From positions 38,440,001-38,504,000 of the forward strand of contig OZ024746.1 of NCBI GenBank assembly GCA_964016885.1: 64,000 bases of DNA, given 5' to 3'. The notes beneath the pieces are model-generated. The model ran no database searches. It was not told the DNA's origin and saw only the letters and a program-made list of their open reading frames with translations. The stretch comes from Eledone cirrhosa. Its lineage: Eukaryota. Positions 1-10,110 of the stretch are shown piece by piece (positions within the stretch are counted from its first letter, which is position 1; every line of letters begins with the position of its first letter). A program made the translations under genes and the position numbers.

Positions 1-229
1 AAATAGTATGTCACAAAAGCAAATGCTTTCTCAACGAGTAGGATTTCCATATTCCCTCGAGAACAACATTTGAAGAAGCCTTGTGGTCCTGGTAGGTATC
101 AGACTTTGGATGGTGTATTCTATATGCAAGCACTACTGCTCTTGTTTTGTTTTTGTTTTTTTTTGTTTTTACTATTCCTACTGGTTCTTTCACATTTCAG
201 TTTAGAATAATGAATATGTAGCTTTTTTA

Positions 230-660
230 CTGGGATCGCTTGAGTATTCATGTTAATTACTTAACTAATTGTATTTATCTCGTTTTTAGTAGTAATCTAA
301 TCCATTTGTAGTATTCCTTTCTAATCTCTTTCGTTTCTGTGTTTTGGACACTTCTAATTATTTGATTCCTAAGTATGTGTATGTCACTGTTTGATCCAAT
401 TATCTTACCCTAGTTTTTTTATATAGCATCGTATGAGTGTTTTTCACAAGTTTTCCTCTCTTCCGAGTTGCCTTGGCGCTTTTTCTAGTTGCAATTTCAA
501 GGCCACTTCTTTTGTGAATCCATTGTATTATCAGTAACAGTGTTTCGGGCTGTCTCTGGTCTGCGGCAGACAGTTTAGATCATTTATTTACAGCCTTAGC
601 TTTTCTCAAAATCAAAGTCTGTAGCTTTTCCGGAACCATAACCAAGTATTTTTGTCATTA
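230..660 (-). pseudogene. Heavily decayed RLE-type (R4-like) reverse transcriptase fragment
   Basis: Minus-strand translation in broken frames gives ...DLKL...KRGKLV...TYTYLGI, echoing the DDLKL...RRG...YKYLGV region of the neighbouring R4-like element. Confidence 0.4.
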
Positions 661-750
661 CACACGTTTCTTGTTTCCTTAAGGAATGCTGAATCCAGGG
701 CCTTTTCATCAATTGTTGTTTCTTCTTCTACTGCTTCTTCATCTTATAAC

Positions 751-799
751 AATAATAATAATAATTATTATTATTATTATTATTATTATTGTTGTTATT
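751..799. repeat. (AAT)n/(ATT)n microsatellite at the 3' junction of the R4/Dong-like element
   Basis: Direct reading of the sequence. Confidence 0.9.
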
Positions 800-873
800 C
801 CTTGAATCTCAGTCATTGATGTTGGTTAACTGGAAAGTCCGTTGGAATGAATATCAAGCCACTACCTGCAGCC

Positions 874-3800
874 TCAGATATTCAGGGCGTATCGGAGGGT
901 TCTTGCTGTTCCAAGCAAGCATGCCTTTTGGAGCGTTCCAAAAAGCGTGAAGGGGCCGATTTTCTTTAACCATCCCTCGAAACTTTTGGAGATAATCCCC
1001 AGTGCGCCTATGACAATCGGGATCACTTTGACTTCATGGCAGTTCCAAATCCTTTTCACCTCCCAGTTTAGGTCCTGGTATCGGTTAATTTTCTCCCTCT
1101 CCTTCTCTTGCACTCTCGTGTCGAACGGGCAGGCCACATCCACAATCAGACACGATCTTTTTTCTTTGTCCACAACCACCAGGTCAGGTCTATTGTGTTC
1201 CAGTTTTTTGTCCGTCTGTATCCTAAAATCCCACAGCAGCTTCACCTGATTGTTCTCCATCACCGCCTCTGGCCTATGCTCATACCATTTCTCAGAATGT
1301 GGTAAATTGTTTACTTTGCACAGGTGCCAGTGGATCACCCTGCCCATCACATCGTGTCTCCAGCCCTTATAGTGGGTCTGGGCTAGGTGTTTACACTCGG
1401 ACGCAATGTGAGCCACAGTCTCCTCTCTCTCTCCACAGATCCTGCACAGTGGGCTAGCCTCCCCCTTGTAAATATGGTGCTTCAACCACTTCGTTTTGAG
1501 GGCCTGCTCCTGCGCAGCCATTAGCATTCCTTCTGTAGTCTTTTTGAGGTCTTCTCTTCTCAACCAGTTCCATGTCTGTGGATCTCTAAATTCAGTTTTC
1601 TCAAAGAAGGTACTATGAAGGGATTTTCCCTTAAGGCTGCTCTTCCTCCTTGATGTTATTTCCTCCTTGGATATCCCCTGGCCCACTGTCCCCTCCTTCA
1701 GTACAGTTCTGAGCATTGGCTCCTTACTATAGGTCACGTATTTGTATAGGTTGTTTTTCTCCATCTGAACACAGTCCTCTATGCTGATAAGACCTCTTCC
1801 ACCCTCAGATCTCCTTAGGTAGAGTCTATCGACATCACTCCTCTTGTGGAACATGTTGTAGATAGTCAATAGCTTCCTAGTCTTCCTATCCATTTCTTTT
1901 TGTTCAGCAACATTCCATCTCAGAATTCCCGCACTGTACCTAATAATAGACACAGCTCGGGAATTTACTGCGCTTATGGCATTTCTGCTGTTCAGATGTG
2001 ACTTCAATACGCTCCTTACTCTCCGAATGTATTCAGTTCTTAACAATTCCTTCATTTTTTTTGTTCTTTATGCCATCAGCCTCCAGAACGCCCAAATACT
2101 TGTATCCCTCCTCAGAGTCAATTTACTTTATCATCTCACCTGTTGGTATCTGTATCCCGTTACTTCTGCTCAACATACCCCTCCTCATCACAATGACTCC
2201 ACATTTACCAATACCAAACTGCATACATATATCACTGCTGAAAATACGGACAGTGTCAACAAGCACATCCAACTCCTTCTCACTTTTCCCGAAGAGCTTA
2301 AGATCGTCCATGAAGAGGAGGTGATTGATGGTAAGCCCTCCCTTTCCCAACTTGTATCCTGCTCTCACTTTTCGCAGCATAATGGTCAAGGGCATCAGGG
2401 CAAGGACAAACAACAGAGGGGACAGACTATCTCCCTGGAAGATACCTCTCTTGATCTTCACGCTTCCCAAGGATACTCCAGTTGATGTCAACTCTGTCTC
2501 CCAGGACCCCATACTCCTGCCCAGCAACTGTCTGATGTTATCTGCCACCCTGAAGATCTCCAGGCTTTTGGTGATCCAAGAATGAGGCACCATGTCAAAT
2601 GCCTTTCTGTAGTCTATCCATCCCATGGCAAGATCAGTGTGCCTCCTCCTGCAATTCCCCATTACCATCTTATCAATAAGTAACTGGTCCTTTGTACCAC
2701 GTGACTTCTTTCGGCATCCTTTCTGTTCGTCCGGTAACAAGTTGTTTGTGTGGAAGTGATGGTAGATTTCCTCAGACACAATGCTCGTCAACAGTTTCCA
2801 CATTACGGACAGACATGTGATAGGTCTATAGTTGGTAACATCATTACCCTTGATTCGGTATTTCATTATCAGAACTGTGGTACCTTTTCTCAACCACTCT
2901 GGCACCTCACCCGATACCAAGCAGTCATTGAACATGGCCGTCAGCTTCGGGTGGAGGGATGTTAAATTTTTAATCCAATACCCCTCCACACCATCTGGGC
3001 CTGGTGATTTCCAGTTGGTTAGTTTTTTGGCCTGCCCCTTAAGAGTTTCAACTGTGATACTCAAATCAGTTTGTTGGTGTGCCTGCTCACCGATCTCCCT
3101 CTGTACTGTCTCAATCCACCCTGCCTGGACATTATGTCTAACATCCTGCTCCCATATTCCTCTCCAGAATGTTTCAGTTTGCTCCGCCCCAGGGATCAAG
3201 TCGTTGCCTCTTTCTTTCCCCTCAAGCTGTCCAAACAGCATCTTCTGGTTGTTGTCGAACATGCGGTTCTGTTTATACTGACTGAGTCTGTTCTCGTATC
3301 GCCTGATTTTTGCACTCTTTGCTGCAATGCGTTGCTTCAGTTCCTCTATGATAATATTTAGCTTTTTTCTCCTAGTTGTGTACTTTATTTCCAGTCTATT
3401 TTTAGTGCCTATGTTTTTTAGTGTCCCATTCAGTAGTGACTCAAGCTTTCCTATGTCATTTCTCATTTCCCCGACTTGACCACTCAGTCATTTCTTCCAC
3501 CACGGCTCTGCTCTTTCTTGTCTGTTGTTTCCTCTCGCTTTTATACCAAGTAGTTTCCTCACCGTATTTGCTGTTGCTTTGAGGATATTGTTGCACTGGT
3601 GAAGGCTCCTCGCCTCAAGATATGGGATGACTTTGTTTACCTTAGCTGTTGTTTCTTTTAACTTTTTCCTGTCTACAAATCTTAGGTTCATAGGTCTCCC
3701 ACTATCATTGTTCAATTCATCTACCACTAAATTTAGGATGTCAACGGAATCTTGTCCTAGCCCGTCAGCATTCATCTCCTCAGTGGCCGTATCTCTGTTC

Positions 3801-4267
3801 CAGGTATTATTTATCTCAGTATTCAGATCATTGTCTGCTTCGGGTGGTTCCTCCGTTCTCAGGACCTCTTCACCTTCATTTCCCACTGGCTCGCTTGTCT
3901 GGCATACTACACCCGCCATCTCCAAGCCATTCTCTCTGCTCAGTTCCTCCAGTACCAGCTCGCTTATCCACCCATTAGTTCTTATTACCCGAGCCTGCCC
4001 GGCCAATTTTTGTTCATCTAATTTAAATAGACCAATCTCGTACCAGATGTTATGCATCCGTCTCCTGTAGCCCCTCTCCTTGGGGTTACTTTTCAGGTAA
4101 CATTGCATAACAGTTCTATTCAATTCTTTCGTCCAGTTGGTTCTGGCCCCTTTCCTTCTTCTTCTTCCTCCAACATCAGCAGTATTTGGTTGACAGTCAG
4201 GTTCCTGCTGCTGAGCCAGGGGGCACCTGTTGGGTGAGAGTCTGTCACATGACGTTCTAGTCTCCAT
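874..4267 (-). pseudogene. Disrupted RT-RLE polyprotein (ORF pieces 3488-4267, 2123-3466, 874-2055)
   Basis: In-frame stop after PWWKK, stop after EMIK and one frameshift near the A-run at ~2056-2063 split one ancestral ORF of about 1130 aa. Confidence 0.85.
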
Positions 4268-4348
4268 TTCACCGTTATTCGAACTGTTTATGTTCGATAT
4301 TTAAACACTCTTATCGAGGATTGGCGAATGTATGGTTACATAGCCATC

Positions 4349-4398
4349 TGTGGATTCGCCGTTCCACTTGGCCCTTGTGTGGAATTATCACCACGCTG
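4349..4398 (-). ncRNA. Possible 3' half of an HDV-like ribozyme in the R4-like 5' UTR
   Basis: Minus strand GG-UGAUAA-UUCCAC(11 nt)GUGGAA-CGGCGAA-UCCACA fits P1.1-P4-J4/2-P2(3'); the 5' half is not visible. Confidence 0.35.
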
Positions 4399-5328
4399 TA
4401 TACGAACACACATAAACAAACAAACACACAGGCAGAAAGGGCCCCAAAAATGAATAAGCATAAGTTTCATTGTAATGTAGTGTTCGAATGTCTGACTTAG
4501 TTTTTGTTTTTTTAGTTTTAGTTTTCCCCCCCTCTTCTCTGTCTGTCCGCCTGCTTCTCTCTTCATTCTTATTTTCTTTACGTTTTTTGTTTTTGTTTTT
4601 TGTTTTTGTTTTTCTCTGTTTTTCTCGTTTTTTGCTGTTGTTGCTGTTCTGCTTTGGTTTTGTTGTTTGTTTTTCCTTTTTTCTTTTGAGTCTATCTATA
4701 TATTTTGATGCCTTCCTCTTTTTTAGTAGTAGGAATTCTATAATGTGGTGGCAGCAACCAGCTGTGAGAAGTGGGGGACTGGCGGCGGTAGCGATACTGA
4801 GACAGTGGTGGTGGTGATGTCGATACCGAGGCAGTGGTGGTGGTGATGTGATAGTATTACTGTAGTGATGGTGTTGTAGCGGTGGTAGCAGTGAAGGAGT
4901 GAAGGAGTGGTGGCGGCGGTGATGGGATAGTGGTGGTAATGACGGCAGTAGTGAGCGGTGGTGGTGAAATTGCCGTTATCTGGCTGTTGTGTTTAGTGTA
5001 CACATGTGATGAGGTGGGTGGTGTATCTAGTTTCTGGTGTTGGTGAGTTTGGCTGTTCTATATAGTGTAGACAGATGAGAGGAGGGGGGATTCTTCTTCC
5101 ATTTATAGCCATTTTCTTTTTTGGATATACAGTGTACAATACAAAGTTGAATATTTGAATATTTGAGCCTTATAACAATATATTTTGGGTCCGAATTTTT
5201 TGGGGGCTCAAGCCGGGTGCTTTACGTAGCATTTGTACTAAGAGTTGTTATTTCACAAATGATTTAAATATGTTAAAAACTTACGGGAGCGATTTCATGA
5301 CCTCCGCCACCTCGTGCGTCTTCTTCCC

Positions 5329-5395
<67 letters not shown>

Positions 5396-5396
<1 letters not shown>

Positions 5397-5719
5397 CTTG
5401 AATCTCAGTCATTAATGTTAGTTAACTGGAAAGTCCGTTGGAATGAATATCAAGCCACTACCTGCAGCCTCAGATATTCAGGACGTATCGGAGGGTTCTT
5501 GCTGTTCCCAGCAAGCATGCCTTTTGAAGCGTTCCAAAAAGCGTGAAGGGGCCGATTTTCTTTAACCATCCCTGGAAACTTTTGGAGATAGTTCCCAGTG
5601 CGCCTATGACAATCGGGATCACTTTGACTTCATGGCAGTTCCAAATCCTTTTTACCTCCCACTTTAAGTCCTGGTGTCGGTTAATTTTCTCCCTATCCTT
5701 CTCTTGCACTCTCGCGTCG

Positions 5720-5720
<1 letters not shown>
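5396..5720 (-). mobile_element. 5'-truncated copy of the R4/Dong-like element
   Basis: Near-identical to 800-1124; flanked on both sides by (ATT)n (5330-5395 and 5720-5761). Confidence 0.92.
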
Positions 5721-5761
<41 letters not shown>

Positions 5762-6139
5762 GGTGACCTACGTAGTAAATCGTATCATCGTGAGCTCCGC
5801 AAAGGTTTGTTATTTCCGTTTGTTAAAATTTGCCATTTATGGAAAATGTTTATTGTTAACTATATATAAGCGCACATACATTGTTTTCCGAAAAGGACAC
5901 CCAAAAAGATTGGGGTCTTGTGCCCAAAATTTAAACTTTTATGATTATCAAAAAATTTCTTTGAAAGAAAAATGGCTAATTCACCACTGCACCAAGCAGC
6001 TGAAAGCCTTTCTCACAAATTAACACCTCACACCGACACCACCATTGTAAATATTACTACGTTTGCCAATACAAATAATTTAAGCACTAGCAATATTTTA
6101 AATTTGTTTCAGGCAGACATTCATTTCCCGCCATGACCA

Positions 6140-8037
6140 ATGACTGCAGGTGTTAAAGCCGCCACCACCACCACCACCGCGACAACAGAAACAAAAGGAA
6201 AAAATAAATCAGCTCGTGATGTCGAAATATTTTCAACCAAAATGGACTCTCCCAAACCGAACTTCACTGACGTCACCACCACCACAACTGAAACTAAAAT
6301 TAATAATAACAAAAATAACGATAGCAATAACAACAACAATGACATTAAAAAAACCACCCTAAGTTTTGCCAGAGTAGCAAAACAGTGCGAAGCATTTACG
6401 GTAACTCAGGAGGAATTAGAAAATGCCAAACAAATGGTAAAGAAAGATGGGTACAGAGTCACCCCCCCTCCCACACACACACACACACCTAATAAAATGG
6501 AGCATCCGCGCCTATGCACCGTGTCGTATCGAACAATAAATGTAAAATCGCGCCGAGTGGAACGGGCATCCGAGTCCCAAATCCAAAAAGCTTTGGGACA
6601 TGTGTGGGCAAAAAAAACCCACATCAGACGTGGGCAGAAGTATGGAACCGTGGACGTGTTCTTTGAAACACCAGAGGAGGCTAGAGAACACTCCATGGCC
6701 CCATTAAGAAGTGACGACTTCACACTCGTCCCAAGCTATTGTGGCCAGAGACTCGTAAAGATCAGGGTGACCCACGTTCCACCGGCCATCGAAATTCCCT
6801 TGGCTATTCCCAACACAAAGATAATAGCAATAGCAAAAGAAAAGCAGGAGAACTGGTCCGGATCTGGGATGGAGCTCCTGATCCAAGCGGACCAAAAAAG
6901 CATTGAGGAGATCCCAGAGGTAATAGACCTCACTGACGGCAGCCACCTCACCGTAATTGTCGAGGGCAGAAGGCCTAGGTGTGTCGTTTGTGGTGAAGGA
7001 ACCCACCTAAGGGCTTTCTGCCATCAGGCTAAAAGGTTGACGCCACCTCTCCTACCCACCCCAGTGACACAACCATCAACACCACCAGTAGCAGAGATGG
7101 CAGCAACAACTGTAGCAGCAGCAACAGAAGCAACTATAACAGTAACAACCCCAGCAACATTAGCAAAACCAACACCACCACCACCACCACCAAAACCAAC
7201 ACCACCACCACCCAACGCTTCAGAACTAGCACCAGCGCCTACACCATCCACCACGCCACAACCAAAACTAACGCCTGTGGATGATTTTCCACTCCCCGCC
7301 CTATCGCAACTGCAAACAGATTGTGACGACGAGGAGTGGGAAACGGTATCAGGAAAAAAGAAAAAAAGAAACCAAAAAAGAAAAATTCTCTCCCCTCTCC
7401 CTCCAAAAATAAAATACAGGGGTAAACAAATAAACTATCAAACAAAAAAGTTAGGACATATCTGCCACCATCCACACCAGCATCACCAACCGCATCACCA
7501 CAAACACCAACACCATCACCATCATTAACCCCAACACCACCATCACCAACACCACAAAAGTCGCCAAAAAGCGTAACAGAAACAAACCCACAACAAACGC
7601 ATACAAAACAAAACAACCAAAACGATACACACTACACAGCATTAAATTTGAAATCCCGCCGAGGTTGACTTTGCCTTTCATCCTTACAGGGTCGATAAAA
7701 TAAAGTACCAGTAATGCACTGGGTAATTGCTGGCCTTGTGCCTAAAGTAGAAACAATTAAATTTGAACAACAACCAATTATTACATTACATCCAACACAA
7801 CACCAGCATCACAGAAAAGGACTACACAACAACCCAAAAGTTCACACCACCTCCACACATACAAATCACTCGCTCACACAGAAAACGTACACGACACTAA
7901 AACAAAAATTCCCCAAAGACATCGGAGACTTCCGACAAACACTCTCCAGGAGGATTTATAAGAACATCCTTCCGGAGGAGGCCACAAGCAGTGAAAAGGA
8001 TGGACAAACCATCCTTCCTCTACGAGAAGTAGGGTAA
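6140..8037 (+). pseudogene. Tx1-like ORF1 (gag-like, CCHC knuckle), frameshifted and SINE-interrupted
   Basis: SFARVAK motif, CVVCGEGTHLRAFC knuckle, Pro/Thr-rich linker, WETVSGKKKKR; C-terminal piece in ORF 7714-8037. Confidence 0.8.
7653..7755 (+). mobile_element. 5'-truncated tRNA-derived SINE inserted in Tx1 ORF1
   Basis: SINE core gcctttcatccttac.gggtcgataaaataaagtacc; 12-bp TSD attaaatttgaa at 7641-7652 and 7756-7767. Confidence 0.9.
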
Positions 8038-8070
8038 GTGTTTTTCCGATCTTATCCACTCCATTTCAAC

Positions 8071-9975
8071 ATGACCTCACTCAGAATAGGCAGCATAAAT
8101 GCGCGTGGCTTGGGGTCGTCATGGAAGCAGGGCCATCTGCTCAACGACCTCAGGTCACTAAACATAGATGTAGTGGCCATCAGCGAGACCAGAATCTCCG
8201 AAGCACGGGCATTCGCACCGATCGTCGGCGGCTACGATGTGTACGCATCTCCCAGCCGTCCGGGATCGGGGGGAGGAGTTGCTGTGCTTTTTAGGAGAGG
8301 TTGTGATCTTGCCATACAGGCCATCTTCCTGGACACAGAAGGTAAGTTGGTGGTGCTGGACGTGACCAGCGGAGACGGGCAAGTTTTAGGTTAGTGGCCA
8401 TCTATGCCCCAACATGAGCAGGGCGGCCTGATTTCTTCCGGCGTCTAGAGATCTTTCTTGGAACGTCCCGCTCTTTAGTGTTAGTGGGCGACTGGAACGG
8501 GATCTTAGATGCACGCTGGGATTGTGTGGGATTAGTGGATAGGGAAGGAGGGTGCAAGAGTCTCACCAACCTGCTCAGGCGTTTTGAACTGTCTGACAGG
8601 TACCGAATGGATTTCCCGAATGTACCAGTGTGGACTTGGACAAATTGCATAGGGTCATCCAGATCATATCTAGATAGAGTATTTTGTAGGGAAATAGATA
8701 AATTTCTATTTATTTGCCACGAGGGCACAAAAGAAGGGGACAAATACACAGTGGGGGAGTTTACATAAATCGAGTAAAGAAAAAAGGAATAACAATAATA
8801 ATATAATAATAAAAAGTCCTCAAAAGGGAGGGTGCGTGTTCGGGTTGCACATACCCCCGAAAAGTGTGCAACCCTTTTCGCGGGGGAAGCCCAGAGAGGA
8901 GGCGCTCCCCCTTTCCTCTTCACTTCTTCACCTACAGAACAATGTAGAGAGAAGGCCCATTTACACGAGCCATTCTCGCTTCTTTCACCCACCTTTCATA
9001 AAACTGTCTGGGGCCAAGCACTTCTCTCTCCATCCATTTTGTAGGGAAATAGATAGGTCTAGCATAGGCTGTCCACAATTCAAGATAGTCAGCTACACGG
9101 ACCACAAATTCGTGATCTGTGTGCTTGACTTAGATAGGCTTCATAGACGAGGACCCGGCTACTGGAAGCTAAACGCGTCCTTACCAGCGCGCAAGGCCTA
9201 CAGAGACCGAATTAGCGAACTAGTTAAGCGGGCGTTGACGGGGGCCATTGTCAACAACAAGTGGTGGTTTGCTCTGAAAAGAGCAATTAGAATAGAGTCC
9301 ATTAGGTTTAGTAAGTCTTTAGCAATAGAGAAAAATAGAGCAGAGGGAGAATTAGTTAGAAAATTAGACGAGGCGCTTAGCAAAGGCATCGCGACCGACG
9401 TACTTGCGGCGAAATTGGCTCTTGACCAATTCTTCAATGCAAAGCACGAAGGCTGCGTTGTCAGAGCTAGGGTGCGTGGTCTCAGACACGAGGGGACGAA
9501 AGCCGTTTAATGGGCCCGAGTGGCGGAGGCGCGTCGTGGCAACAAAGCCACGATCCGGTCTTTGGTGGACCACGACGGGCGCATGCTACTCGATCCCGGG
9601 CAAATGTGTGAATCTTTTCAGCGACACTTCGCTCAGCTGTTCGGGGGCAGCGGTGGGCTGGGTAGAGGGATGGACTTTAGTGTCTACCTCGACGGACTGG
9701 AGCGGCTCTCGGCCACTGAGGCGAGGTGTTGCGAAAAGCCGATAACAGCCGCTGAAGTAAGGGAGGCAATGACTGGCTGCAGAAGGGGTAAATCGCCTGG
9801 TTTGGATGGTCTGCCCTATGAACTTTACGTACAGATGCCAGACTTGTTCGGAGGCCTCTTGGCGGACGTCTACTGCAACTGGCAACAGAACGGGAGAATT
9901 CCCAGTTCTGTGAGCCGAGGAGCGGTGGCACTGCTGAGAAAGGATCCGAACAAGGGGGATAACATAGATAATTTC
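8071..9975 (+). pseudogene. Tx1-like ORF2 (APE endonuclease + start of RT), disrupted
   Basis: ORF pieces 8038-8394, 8478-8768, 8836-9510 and 9520-10011 are collinear with ORF2 of the element at 24681-28856. Confidence 0.85.
8701..9035 (-). mobile_element. 5'-truncated Tx1 family-B-like 3' end inserted antisense in family A ORF2
   Basis: Homologous to 24681-25049; exact 20-bp TSD attttgtagggaaatagata at 8681-8700 and 9036-9055. Confidence 0.9.
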
Positions 9976-10002
9976 ATAGATATTATTATTATTATTATTA
10001 TT

Positions 10003-10062
10003 ATAAAATAAAGTACCAGTAATGCACTGGGTAATTGCTGCCTTGTGCCTGAAGTAGAAACA

Positions 10063-10066
<4 letters not shown>
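10003..10066 (+). mobile_element. SINE 3' fragment between (TTA)n tracts
   Basis: ataaaataaagtaccagtaatgcactgggtaattgctg...gtagaaacaatt matches the SINE 3' end. Confidence 0.85.

Positions 10067-10110
<44 letters not shown>

Larger units (their letters stand above)
800..4398 (-). mobile_element. R4/Dong-like non-LTR retrotransposon (single ORF, RT + restriction-like endonuclease), near full length
   Basis: RT motifs NYRPITCL, IDYRKAFD, GIFQGDSLSP, LFMDDLKL; C-terminal CRICG..ETVAHIASEC zinc motif, RHD and NRPDLVV..IVDVACP..EK RLE motif; 3' end abuts (TAA)n. Confidence 0.9.
5762..9975 (+). mobile_element. Tx1-clade LINE, family A copy 1 (5' UTR, ORF1, 5' part of ORF2; 3'-truncated)
   Basis: ORF1 with zinc knuckle, APE endonuclease (INARGL, AISET, GDWN, YTDH), PGYWKLN linker and KSPGLDG; starts immediately after (TTA)n. 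Confidence 0.88.

Noticed and set aside
4740-5050. G/T-rich tract resembling telomeric or G4 sequence
   Set aside because: Degenerate (GGT/GTA)n low-complexity sequence with no TTAGGG array.
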